DNA from: Desulfobacterales bacterium
Lineage (GTDB): Bacteria > Desulfobacterota > Desulfobacteria > Desulfobacterales > SG8-13
Direction: 5' to 3'
Assembly (NCBI GenBank): GCA_049281435.1
Contig: JBAPSB010000016.1
Location: 10,262 to 74,261, forward strand
Length of the DNA: 64,000 nt
The notes under the pieces are model-generated. The model worked only from the letters and a program-made list of their open reading frames with translations, did no database searches and had not been told where the DNA came from. How positions within the stretch are numbered: position 1 is the stretch's first letter; every line of letters starts with the position of its first letter. The translations under genes and the position numbers were made by a program. Positions 17,927 to 26,630 of the stretch are shown in pieces.

Positions 17927-18638
17927 ACTCTTCTCCCAGATAGGCCTTGACGACCTTCTCGTCGGCCGCGACCCGCCGGGGCGGCCCCTCGGCGATCTTG
18001 CGGCCGAACTGGATCACGACGACCCGGTCGGAAAGGGCCATGATGGCCCGCATGATGTGTTCGATGACAAAGATGGTGACCCCCTGGTCGCGCAGCCGGC
18101 GGATGATCGCCACCATGTCATCAACTTCGGCCGGCCGCAGCCCGGCCATCACCTCGTCGAGCAGCAGCAGTCTGGGTTCGGTCGCCAGGGCCCGGGCAAT
18201 TTCAAGCCGTTTGCGGTCGGCGATGGTCAGGTTGCCGGCGCGGATGTCCTTGCGGTCCGCGAAATTCAAATAGTCCAGCACCTCCAATGCCTTCTCGCGG
18301 GCCTCGCTCGTTTTGGCGGTGACGGCGAACGCCCCCACCATCACGTTGTAGAGCACGCTCTTTGTGGCAAAGGGCTTGACGATCTGAAACGTGCGGGCCA
18401 GCCCGTATTTGCAAAGGTCCCAGGGTTGGCACCCGCTGATCTCCTCGCTGCGAAAGTAGATGTGGCCCTGCGACGGCGCAAAGACCCCGGCGACGCAATT
18501 GAACACCGTCGATTTACCGGCGCCGTTGGGGCCGATCAATCCCAGGATCTCACCTTCTTCGATATCCAGGTCAAGGCCGTCGACGGCGCGCAACCCGCCG
18601 AAGTCCTTGGTCAACTGCTGTACTTCGAGTATCTTCAT
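17913..18638 (-). CDS. livG: branched-chain amino acid ABC transporter ATP-binding protein (LivG-type)
   Basis: GPNGAGKST, LLLLDEVMAG. Overlaps livF by 14 nt. Confidence 0.85.
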   Translation of the reverse strand: MKILEVQQLTKDFGGLRAVDGLDLDIEEGEILGLIGPNGAGKSTVFNCVAGVFAPSQGHIYFRSEEISGCQPWDLCKYGLARTFQIVKPFATKSVLYNVMVGAFAVTAKTSEAREKALEVLDYLNFADRKDIRAGNLTIADRKRLEIARALATEPRLLLLDEVMAGLRPAEVDDMVAIIRRLRDQGVTIFVIEHIMRAIMALSDRVVVIQFGRKIAEGPPRRVAADEKVVKAYLGEEYAIA

Positions 18639-18641
18639 CTG

Positions 18642-19649
18642 TCAGGTTTCCATGGCTTTCGGCGTCAAGAACCGCGCCTGCACCTTTCGATACATGCGGG
18701 TCAGCGGTTCCTGGAGTCCGCGCGGCTGAAACAGCATGACCAGGATCAGCACCGTCCCGAAGATGACCAGGTGCAGCCCGGGCAGGGTGGCACCGAAATA
18801 AATCCGTGAAAAATCGCTCACCGGACGCAGCAATAATGCGCCGAGCACCGGCCCCGCGATCGACCCGCGGCCGCCGATCAGGGCGATGAAGGCGATTTCG
18901 AAGGACAGGTCCAGGGAGATGATGCTCTTGGGATGGATGTAGAGGGTGAACTGGGCGTAAAAGGTGCCGGCCAGAGCCGTGAGGAATGAACTCAGCGCCA
19001 TGGCCACGAGTTTGACCCGCGCCACGTTGATCCCCAGCGCCATGGCGGCTTCGGGTTCCTCTCCGCCGGCCGTGAGGAGATAGCCGAGCCTGGAGCGCGA
19101 AATGAGCCCTGTGATGGCCAGCACCCCGGCCAGCATCACCAGGATGATATAATAATACGGCACCTTGCTGATGAACATGAAATTAACGACCCCGGTTTCG
19201 AGCGGCGGAATCTGCAGGCCGCTGGGACCGTTGAGGATAAACGGGCCCAGCCGGTCGATGTTTTCCACCATCACCCGCAAGCCTTCGGCAAAGGCGATAG
19301 TCGCCAGGGCGAAATAGGCCCCGCGCATTTTCAACGTCGGAAACCCGATGACGATGCCCACGATCGTCGCCAGCACTCCGCCGATCACCATGCCGATCCA
19401 GGGGCTGATGCCGTACTGCAGCCAGAGGATGGTCGAGGTGTAGGCGCCGATGCCGACGAAGGCGGCATGACCCAGGGGCAGCACGCCGGCAAAACCGCCG
19501 ACCAGGTTCCAGCTCGTGGTCAGGTAGGCATACAGCCAGAGCAGGACCAGGATATGCAGATACGTCGCGCTGCGAACCACCAGCGGCAGGCCGAAAGCGA
19601 GAAGCGCGACCCCGACCAGGGCAATGGTGTTGAATTTTTCTCTCGTCAT
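18642..19649 (-). CDS. livM: branched-chain amino acid ABC transporter permease (LivM-type)
   Basis: Polytopic. Typical LivM pattern NLVGGFAGVLPLGHAAF. Confidence 0.8.
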   Translation of the reverse strand: MTREKFNTIALVGVALLAFGLPLVVRSATYLHILVLLWLYAYLTTSWNLVGGFAGVLPLGHAAFVGIGAYTSTILWLQYGISPWIGMVIGGVLATIVGIVIGFPTLKMRGAYFALATIAFAEGLRVMVENIDRLGPFILNGPSGLQIPPLETGVVNFMFISKVPYYYIILVMLAGVLAITGLISRSRLGYLLTAGGEEPEAAMALGINVARVKLVAMALSSFLTALAGTFYAQFTLYIHPKSIISLDLSFEIAFIALIGGRGSIAGPVLGALLLRPVSDFSRIYFGATLPGLHLVIFGTVLILVMLFQPRGLQEPLTRMYRKVQARFLTPKAMET

Positions 19650-19679
19650 GCCGCACGCCTTTTTTTGTCGGAACAGCGG

Positions 19680-20567
19680 TTACCAGTCGTATTTCATGCC
19701 GAACAACCCGGACGGCCGCACAAAAAGAAACAGCAGAAAAAGGCCGTAGACGATGGCCTCGGTCCAGGTGGCCGTCATGAACTGGGGCGCCACCGACTCG
19801 ATCAGCCCGATGATGATGCCGCCCAGAATCGCACCGCCGATGCTGCCCAACCCGCCCAGCACCACGATGATGAACCCCTTGATGTCGAAAAGGACCCCGA
19901 CGGTGGGAAATATGTTGTAAAACGGCACGAGCGTGACCGCGGCGATTCCCGCCGTGGCCGTGCCGATGCCAAAGGCCACGTTGTAGATCTTGTATTGGTT
20001 GATGCCCATCAGGCTGGCCGCTTCCCGGTCCAGGCTGGTGGCCCGGATGGCCCGCCCCATGCGGGTTTTCTGAAAGAACAGATAGATGACCGCCGCCGTG
20101 AGAACGGCGGTCGCAAAGCCCCACAACTTCGGCACCGAAATCAGTATCTGCCCGAACTCCAGCATTTGGCCCTGCAGGGGATTGTGTTGGATGCTGCGGT
20201 ACTGCGGGCCGAATATCAGCAGGGCCAGGTTGTCCAGAACGTACCACAGCCCGGTGGTGACGATAATGACCGTGATCGGCTCACGGACGTTCTTTTCAGC
20301 CTTGAAGATCGGCTTGATGATAATGTCCTGCAGGTAGTAGCCGAACAGAAACATCACCGGAATGACGAACACCAGCGCCAGGTAGGGGTGCAGACCACTC
20401 AGCCTGACCGTCCAATAGGCCACGTACATGCCGACCATCAGCAGCGATCCGTGCGCAAAATTGATGACTTTGAGCACCCCGAAAATGATGGTCAGCCCCA
20501 GGGCGGTCAATCCGTAAATGGAGCCCATCAAAATACCGTTGATGGCATCTTCCAGTATGTAAATCAT
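19680..20567 (-). CDS. livH: branched-chain amino acid ABC transporter permease (LivH-type)
   Basis: MIYILEDAINGILMGSIYGLTALGLTIIFG is a typical LivH N-terminus. AGGAGA RBS before ATG 20567. Confidence 0.8.
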   Translation of the reverse strand: MIYILEDAINGILMGSIYGLTALGLTIIFGVLKVINFAHGSLLMVGMYVAYWTVRLSGLHPYLALVFVIPVMFLFGYYLQDIIIKPIFKAEKNVREPITVIIVTTGLWYVLDNLALLIFGPQYRSIQHNPLQGQMLEFGQILISVPKLWGFATAVLTAAVIYLFFQKTRMGRAIRATSLDREAASLMGINQYKIYNVAFGIGTATAGIAAVTLVPFYNIFPTVGVLFDIKGFIIVVLGGLGSIGGAILGGIIIGLIESVAPQFMTATWTEAIVYGLFLLFLFVRPSGLFGMKYDW

Positions 20568-20793
20568 GACCGTCTCCTGAACCGGCGGACCGCTCGCACG
20601 GCTGGCGAACCAGTTGACGATTCGCCTCCCGTGCGGTGGCAAGATACTGATTCCGCTTGGGAAACCCCGCCAAAAACACCGTCACCCGTTGGGGGCTGAC
20701 CGATTTTGTCGGGCTGCGTTGCGCACCCCCGGGAATTTTTGTAGCGCCTCGGCGGCCGAAGGCCGCAAGGGCCACTAGGATTTTTTTCCGGCC

Positions 20794-22047
20794 TCACGGC
20801 ATGGGAAAGACCGGGGTGTACCCCGCGCGCCGGGCCCCTTTGGGCCACACCGTAATGCGTTCGAGCCCGTTGCCCAGATCGTTGACCTGAACGATCGACA
20901 GGGCCGCATGTTTGTTCTGGCCGCTGTCGTCGAATTCGATTGCATCGTAGGAGGCGATCATGGCCGGGCCGCTGCGCAGATTGGTTTGGGCCAGGGCGGC
21001 GCGGATTTTTTCCGGATCGAGCGACCCGGCGCGCTCCAGGGCATCCTTGATCACATACATGGCGAGGTAGGCATCCACCGATTCGCCCGCCAGGTTATAC
21101 CCGTAGCGGGACTTGAACTTGGCGTTGATCTCCGTGACACCCGGTTTGTTGACGTCGGTCTCCCATTCGACGATGTCGAAGAGGTAGCGGGCATTGTCGC
21201 CGGTCGCCTTCAGAAATGACGGGTCGGCATGCCCGCCGCCGCTGGCGATGATGGCCTTGAGCTTGACCTTGTAGTCGGCCAGGGTGTTGGTTAGCAGGAT
21301 GGCGTCGGCCGCGTTGGATACCAGCATCAGCACATCGGGCCGGGCGCGGCGGATCTTCTGCACCACCGGGCTCATGTCCGTAGCCGTCGACGGGTAGGGC
21401 TCGTCGAGCACGATCTTGTAGCCGTTTTTCTCGGCCAATGCGCGCCACTGGCCGGCAAAGCCCTTGCCCCAGTCCCCGTTCTCGTAAACGAAGGCCAGCG
21501 TTTTGATCTCGGTTTTAAACTCCTGCTGGATATCTTTCAGGAAGGCGAACTGGTCCCTGGTCCACCAGCTGTCCTTGGCGGCGATCCGGAAGATGGTTTT
21601 GAAGCCCTGCTCGGTGATCTTGTCGGCCACCGACACCGGCACCACGAAAGGGATCCCGTAGCGCTCGGCCACGGCGCTGGTCGGATAGGTGACGGCCGAA
21701 TTCCAGCAGCCGGTCAGAAGATGAACCTTCTCGGTGTTGATCATGCGCTCGGCCTCGGCCACCCCTTTTTCCGGTTTGGACTCGGAATCGGCATACAGCA
21801 TCTCCAGCTTGGCCCCGCCCAGAGATTTGATGCCGCCGGCCGCATTGATCTCTTCGACCGCCATGTCGCGCGCATTTTTCCCCTGCTGCCCCACCGACGC
21901 CGAGGGACCCGATAGCGGGATGATATTGCCGACCCGGACCACTTTCTCCGCGGCCTGCAGGCTGGCGCCGGCCCCGAGCAGCAGCACGGCACCGGCGACC
22001 GTCAGCCACAGGCCTGCATTGCGTAACACGTAGTATTTTCTGTTCAT
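20794..22047 (-). CDS. livK: ABC transporter periplasmic substrate-binding protein (Leu/Ile/Val-binding family)
   Basis: Signal peptide. VRVGNIIPLSGPSASVGQQ is typical of the type I periplasmic binding fold. AAGGAGGAG RBS. Confidence 0.8.
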   Translation of the reverse strand: MNRKYYVLRNAGLWLTVAGAVLLLGAGASLQAAEKVVRVGNIIPLSGPSASVGQQGKNARDMAVEEINAAGGIKSLGGAKLEMLYADSESKPEKGVAEAERMINTEKVHLLTGCWNSAVTYPTSAVAERYGIPFVVPVSVADKITEQGFKTIFRIAAKDSWWTRDQFAFLKDIQQEFKTEIKTLAFVYENGDWGKGFAGQWRALAEKNGYKIVLDEPYPSTATDMSPVVQKIRRARPDVLMLVSNAADAILLTNTLADYKVKLKAIIASGGGHADPSFLKATGDNARYLFDIVEWETDVNKPGVTEINAKFKSRYGYNLAGESVDAYLAMYVIKDALERAGSLDPEKIRAALAQTNLRSGPAMIASYDAIEFDDSGQNKHAALSIVQVNDLGNGLERITVWPKGARRAGYTPVFPMP

Positions 22048-22270
22048 GGATACTCCTCCTTTTAAGATGTGAACCGCTTATGGCCCCGCCGGACCCGATA
22101 CCGCCTGCCCTTTGCGCCCGTCTGCGGCGGGATCCAGCCGTCGTTTGAAACCGTTTACCGGACGTCTCCGATCAGCTCGCAATTGTCCTTGAGCGCATGC
22201 TCAATAGCGCCGTGAGTCAGGTTATACCCCATGCGCAGCACCGAAAGCAAGCGGCGGCCACACTGACCTT

Positions 22271-22286
22271 TGGCAGTGTTATTGCA
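22271..22286 (+). promoter_or_regulatory. sigma54 -24/-12 promoter TGGCAG-TGTTA-TTGCA
   Basis: GG and GC are at canonical spacing. It lies 239 nt upstream of the HDOD kinase GTG. Confidence 0.55.
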
Positions 22287-22524
22287 TGATCTGGCACCAC
22301 GGCTGGTCTGGAGCGGACAATCAATGACGGTCAGATCGCGGTCCTCTTGACGGGCAACGCCATCTGGCCTTAGTAGAAAGGCTGACCGGAAAAAAGTCGC
22401 CGGGCGTCAAGGGCCCGTGAAAAACAAGAGTGGAAGAGTGTGGTGCTAACTGCATACTCCTGTGGAAATTGGGATAGAGTAATTGGGAAATATTTTACCG
22501 TCGGCTGCCCAACACCCTGAATAA

Positions 22525-24681
22525 GTGAAAAATCCGCCCAAGATATACAACAAGATCAACACGGCCATTCCGCTGCCGTGCCACCCGCAGGTGTTAATTG
22601 CGCTCAACCGCCTGTGTAACAGCGGGACGGCGACCTTGCGGGACATGGCCCGTGTGGCGACCATGGATCCCGGCCTGACGATAAAACTCATGCGGGTGCC
22701 GCGGGCCGGCGATCCCATGGCCTCCAGCCGCGAGGCGATCGAACGGCGTATGGCCCGACTGGGCCCGGCCACCATCAAGAACGTTGCCCTCTTGTGCCTG
22801 AGCAATCCGCTGTCGAATCCCTTGCTGTGGAAAACCGACGCCAATTTCAATCAGTTCTGGCTGCATTCGCTGCGCTGTGCGGTTGTCGCCCGATCGATCA
22901 GCGCGCACCTGTTGCCCGGGCTTGCCGATGAGGCTTACACCGCCGGATTGCTCCACGATGTCGGCAAGCTGCTGCTCTGGTCAAATTTTAAAAAGGACTA
23001 CGAACCGCTTTTCAAGAAGTCGGTTCAGGCCGACAGCGCGCTTCCGTCGGAAAACGACCGTATCGGCACCAACCACTGCGAAGCCGGATGGAGCGTGATT
23101 CGAGCGCTCGAGACCCATCCGTTCGTGGCCGATGCGGTATTGTATCACCACTGCACTCCCGCAGCCGTCGCGGACGCGCTGCCGCTCGTTAAAATCGTTT
23201 TCGTCGCCAATATCCTCTGCAACCAGGGACGCAGGGCAGACCCTGTCAACCTTGCGCGGACCCTCGGCCTCGATCTGCCGGCCGATCGGCTCGATCACAT
23301 TTTAGCGCAGGCACAGACCCAAACCGGGGAGCTTCTGGAAGAGGTGGAGCTGACCGCGGAAGCGCTCGAAAAAGGTCCTTCTCCCGCGAGCGATACACGC
23401 AACGCCGCCGTGCACGGCATCATCGGAGAATTCCGTGAGGTGTGCCTCCGGCATCTCACGTTCGAACACGCGCCCGGCGACGACGGGGCGGTGGCCACCC
23501 AAAAGAACCTGTTGCAGGTTTTTAACATCCTCTTCGATGTCGCCGCCGCACTTTTGTTTTTCTACGATCCGGACCGCGGGGTCCTGGTGGGCCGGCCCGC
23601 CGAAACAGCCACCGGTGAACAGGCCGTCGAGCAGATCGAACTGCCGGCTGCAACCGGCCGGAACCTTCCCGCCCTGGCACTCGGCCGCCGCCAGATTTAC
23701 GATTCATTCGGATATCTGACCAATGAGGTGATCACGATCGCAGACGAACAAGTGATTCGCCTGCTGGACACCGAGGGCATGCTGTGCCTGCCGCTGGTTC
23801 ATGCCGGGCGCCCGATCGGTGTCATCTGCGCCGGAATCGACGAGCCGCGGTTCCCGCTCTTGTGGGAACAGCTGAACCTTCTGACCACTTTTGCCGATCA
23901 GGCCGCAGCACTCCTCGACCAAACGCTCGCCGATGGCACCCGGCCGTCCTGCGCCCGCAAGACGGGCGTACCCCTGGATGACGACGCCATTGGCCGCGTT
24001 CTGCACGAGGTCAACAACCCGCTTGGCATCGTCAAAAATTACCTGGCCGTGATCGGTGAAAAGATCGGCAACCGCACAGACGTCAAAGAGGAGATCGCGC
24101 TGATCCAAAACGAGATCGAAAGAATCCCGGGCATGATCGCCCGCTTGTCGGCCGCCCGCGCCAAGCTCGCCGCCGGTGATGACCTCCTGGATATCAACGG
24201 CATTGTTTCCGATTTGTCGAAATTGCTGTCTACTTCCATCCTCGAACCCGCTCACGTCGCATTGACATTCGCCCCCGGTCCCAAACTGCCGCCCTGGCCC
24301 GGGAAGAAAAGCCTGCTGAGCCAGGTGCTCATCAACCTGTTGATAAATTCCGCGGAAGCCATGCCCTCCGGCGGCAGCATCTCCATTGCAACCACCTGCG
24401 AACCCGGCCGGCGGGGTGCGGGGGAAAGCGACATTATCATCACCATCCGCGACGATGGTCCCGGCATACCCGCGAACATCCTTGCCCGGCTCTTCGAAGC
24501 CGGCGGCAGCTCCAAGGGCGGCGAACATTTAGGCCTGGGCCTGTCGATCAGCAAAGAACTTATCGACAGCTTCGGGGGTACCATCAGCTGCCGGAGCCGC
24601 GTGGGCGGCGGGACAACCTTTCGGATCAGCCTGCCGGTTTCGGTTCGTCACCGCCGGTATCCAGACGCGAGGAAAACATGA
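22525..24681 (+). CDS. HDOD-GAF sensor histidine kinase
   Basis: HDOD (MDPGLTIKLMRV, GLLHDVGKLLL), a central GAF-like region, HEVNNPL phospho-acceptor box, and HATPase N/G boxes (LINLLINSAEAM, GLGLSIS). GTG start directly after a TAA. Confidence 0.75.
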   Translation: MKNPPKIYNKINTAIPLPCHPQVLIALNRLCNSGTATLRDMARVATMDPGLTIKLMRVPRAGDPMASSREAIERRMARLGPATIKNVALLCLSNPLSNPLLWKTDANFNQFWLHSLRCAVVARSISAHLLPGLADEAYTAGLLHDVGKLLLWSNFKKDYEPLFKKSVQADSALPSENDRIGTNHCEAGWSVIRALETHPFVADAVLYHHCTPAAVADALPLVKIVFVANILCNQGRRADPVNLARTLGLDLPADRLDHILAQAQTQTGELLEEVELTAEALEKGPSPASDTRNAAVHGIIGEFREVCLRHLTFEHAPGDDGAVATQKNLLQVFNILFDVAAALLFFYDPDRGVLVGRPAETATGEQAVEQIELPAATGRNLPALALGRRQIYDSFGYLTNEVITIADEQVIRLLDTEGMLCLPLVHAGRPIGVICAGIDEPRFPLLWEQLNLLTTFADQAAALLDQTLADGTRPSCARKTGVPLDDDAIGRVLHEVNNPLGIVKNYLAVIGEKIGNRTDVKEEIALIQNEIERIPGMIARLSAARAKLAAGDDLLDINGIVSDLSKLLSTSILEPAHVALTFAPGPKLPPWPGKKSLLSQVLINLLINSAEAMPSGGSISIATTCEPGRRGAGESDIIITIRDDGPGIPANILARLFEAGGSSKGGEHLGLGLSISKELIDSFGGTISCRSRVGGGTTFRISLPVSVRHRRYPDARKT

Positions 24682-26630
24682 GCGAACGCGCGGCCGTCTT
24701 CGTCGTCGATGATGAACTAAGGATGTGCGAGAGTCTGAAGGCATTGTTACAGCCGCGGGGCTACGACGTAACAGCGGCCACCTCCGGAGAAGAAGCCTTT
24801 CGGATCATCGGCCGGCAAAACTTCGACCTTTTCCTGCTTGACATCTGCATTCCCGATCACGACGGGTTCAGTTTGATGGAGCACATTCTCAACCAGCTGC
24901 CCGATACCCCGGTCATCATGATGACCGGCGAGGCATCGGTTGATTCCGCCGTCAAGGCCTTGCGTGAAGGGGCCTATGACTACCTGAAAAAACCGTTCGA
25001 AACCGAAGAGCTGGTCAAAACGATCGACAATGCCCTGCGGCAGAAAATGCTCCAGGAGATCAACCAGGAAATGGAAGATCGGTTGCGCGCCTCTGAAAAA
25101 CGCTTTCGCTTCATGGTGCAACAGTCTCCGGACATGATCTACACCCTGGATGCGCACGGCCGATTTACCTTTATCAACAGCGCCGCCGAGAAACTCTTCG
25201 GCTACCGCGCCACCGATCTGGTGGGAAAATCCTACCAGACGATGCTCTACGAAACCGACATCGACAAGGCCTGCTGGAAGTTCAATGAAAGGCGCACCGG
25301 CAAACGGGCGACCTCCGCCTTCGAACTGCGACTGAAGCCCGGCCCCCGCAAGGAATCAGAGGCCGGCCGGCCGGGTGACTTCGCCGTCGTCGAGTTGAAT
25401 GCCACGGGCGTATATCGCCGCGCCGGCACCCGCCGGCAGCTGATCGGGACTTACGGCGTGGCGCGCGACAAAACCTTTCGCAAGATCCTGGAAACCCAGC
25501 TCTTGCAGGCCAAGAAAATCGAGGCGCTCGGCAATCTGGCCGGTGGCATCGCCCACGATTTCAACAACCTGCTCATGGGCATCCAGGGTATTGTCTCGTT
25601 GATCCTGTTTAAGATAGAGGCCGGCAGCCCTTTCAAGAGCCAGCTCCAAACGGTCGAACAGTATATCCAGGACGGTGCCGGTCTGACGCGGCAGTTGCTG
25701 ACCTTCGTGCGGGGCGGGGCGCTCGAGATCCAGCCCACCGATGTCAACGCCCTGCTCCAGAAGCAGAACCAGTTGTTCGGTCGCACCCGCAAAGCCATCC
25801 GGATCACCGAGAAGCTGGCCCCCAAGGTCCTCTTGATCGAAGCCGACCCCTCCCAGATCGAACAGGTCTTCCTGAACATCTACGTCAACGCCGGGCATGC
25901 CATGCCCGGCGGCGGAGAGCTGCACGTTCAAACCGCGAACGTCCGCCTGACGGAAAAAAGTCTTCTCACCCGCTCGCGGAATCTGAAGCCGGGGCGCTAT
26001 GTCAAAATCTCAGTTTCCGATACCGGTATCGGCATGGACGAATCGATCGTGCAACGGATTTTCGATCCTTTTTTTACGACGAAGAAACTCGGCAAAGGAT
26101 CGGGACTCGGCTTGTACAGCGCTTACGGCATCATCAAGAATCACGGCGGCCATATCCAGGTGACCAGCAAGCAAGGAAGCGGCACCACCTTTACGATCTA
26201 TCTTCCCGCCACAGAGAGAAAACTCGAGCCGTCGGAGGCCCCGGCACCCCGTCAGGTCCTGGGCCGCGAGACCGTTCTGCTGGTCGACGATGAAGACAGG
26301 ATTCGCGAGGTGTGCCGCGAAGGCCTGAAGCTGCTGGGCTATTCGGTCGTGGTGGCAGAAAGCGGCGAACGGGCCGTTGAACTCTACAAAAAAATGGCCG
26401 GCGCTATCGACATCGTTGTCCTGGACATGATCATGCCCGGCCTGAGCGGCAAGGAGACATACCTGCACCTGAAGCTGATCAATCCCAAGGTCCGGGTATT
26501 GATTGCCAGCGGTTATTCGGTGGACCAGGACGGTGCCGACATCATGGACGGCGAAACCCACCCCATGATTCAAAAACCGTTTAAGATCGAAGACCTGTCA
26601 TTGAAAATTCAAGAAGTAATGTCCAGCTAA
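24678..26630 (+). CDS. hybrid sensor kinase: receiver-PAS-HisKA-HATPase-receiver
   Basis: N-terminal REC (VFVVDDE...LLDICIPDHDG), PAS, GGIAHDFNNLL, DTGIGMD/GSGLGL, and a C-terminal REC (LLVDDED...VLDMIMPGLSG). ATGA overlap with the upstream gene. Confidence 0.8.
   Translation: MSERAAVFVVDDELRMCESLKALLQPRGYDVTAATSGEEAFRIIGRQNFDLFLLDICIPDHDGFSLMEHILNQLPDTPVIMMTGEASVDSAVKALREGAYDYLKKPFETEELVKTIDNALRQKMLQEINQEMEDRLRASEKRFRFMVQQSPDMIYTLDAHGRFTFINSAAEKLFGYRATDLVGKSYQTMLYETDIDKACWKFNERRTGKRATSAFELRLKPGPRKESEAGRPGDFAVVELNATGVYRRAGTRRQLIGTYGVARDKTFRKILETQLLQAKKIEALGNLAGGIAHDFNNLLMGIQGIVSLILFKIEAGSPFKSQLQTVEQYIQDGAGLTRQLLTFVRGGALEIQPTDVNALLQKQNQLFGRTRKAIRITEKLAPKVLLIEADPSQIEQVFLNIYVNAGHAMPGGGELHVQTANVRLTEKSLLTRSRNLKPGRYVKISVSDTGIGMDESIVQRIFDPFFTTKKLGKGSGLGLYSAYGIIKNHGGHIQVTSKQGSGTTFTIYLPATERKLEPSEAPAPRQVLGRETVLLVDDEDRIREVCREGLKLLGYSVVVAESGERAVELYKKMAGAIDIVVLDMIMPGLSGKETYLHLKLINPKVRVLIASGYSVDQDGADIMDGETHPMIQKPFKIEDLSLKIQEVMSS

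Noticed and set aside
20730-20793. GC-rich stem-loops (GCGGCC-TTC-GGCCGC) between livK and livH.
   Set aside because: No U-tract. This is probably an ordinary intercistronic stabiliser or attenuator, common after binding-protein genes, and not distinctive.
22291-22306. Second TGGCAC (TGGCAC-CACGG-CTGG), immediately after the accepted sigma54 site.
   Set aside because: No GC dinucleotide at -12.
22130-22330. Possible minus-strand gene remnant (…GQCGRRLLSVLRMGYNLTHGAIEHALKDNCELIGDVR) in the livK/kinase intergenic region.
   Set aside because: Short, with no clear start or RBS and no family recognised. I cannot distinguish it from a chance ORF.
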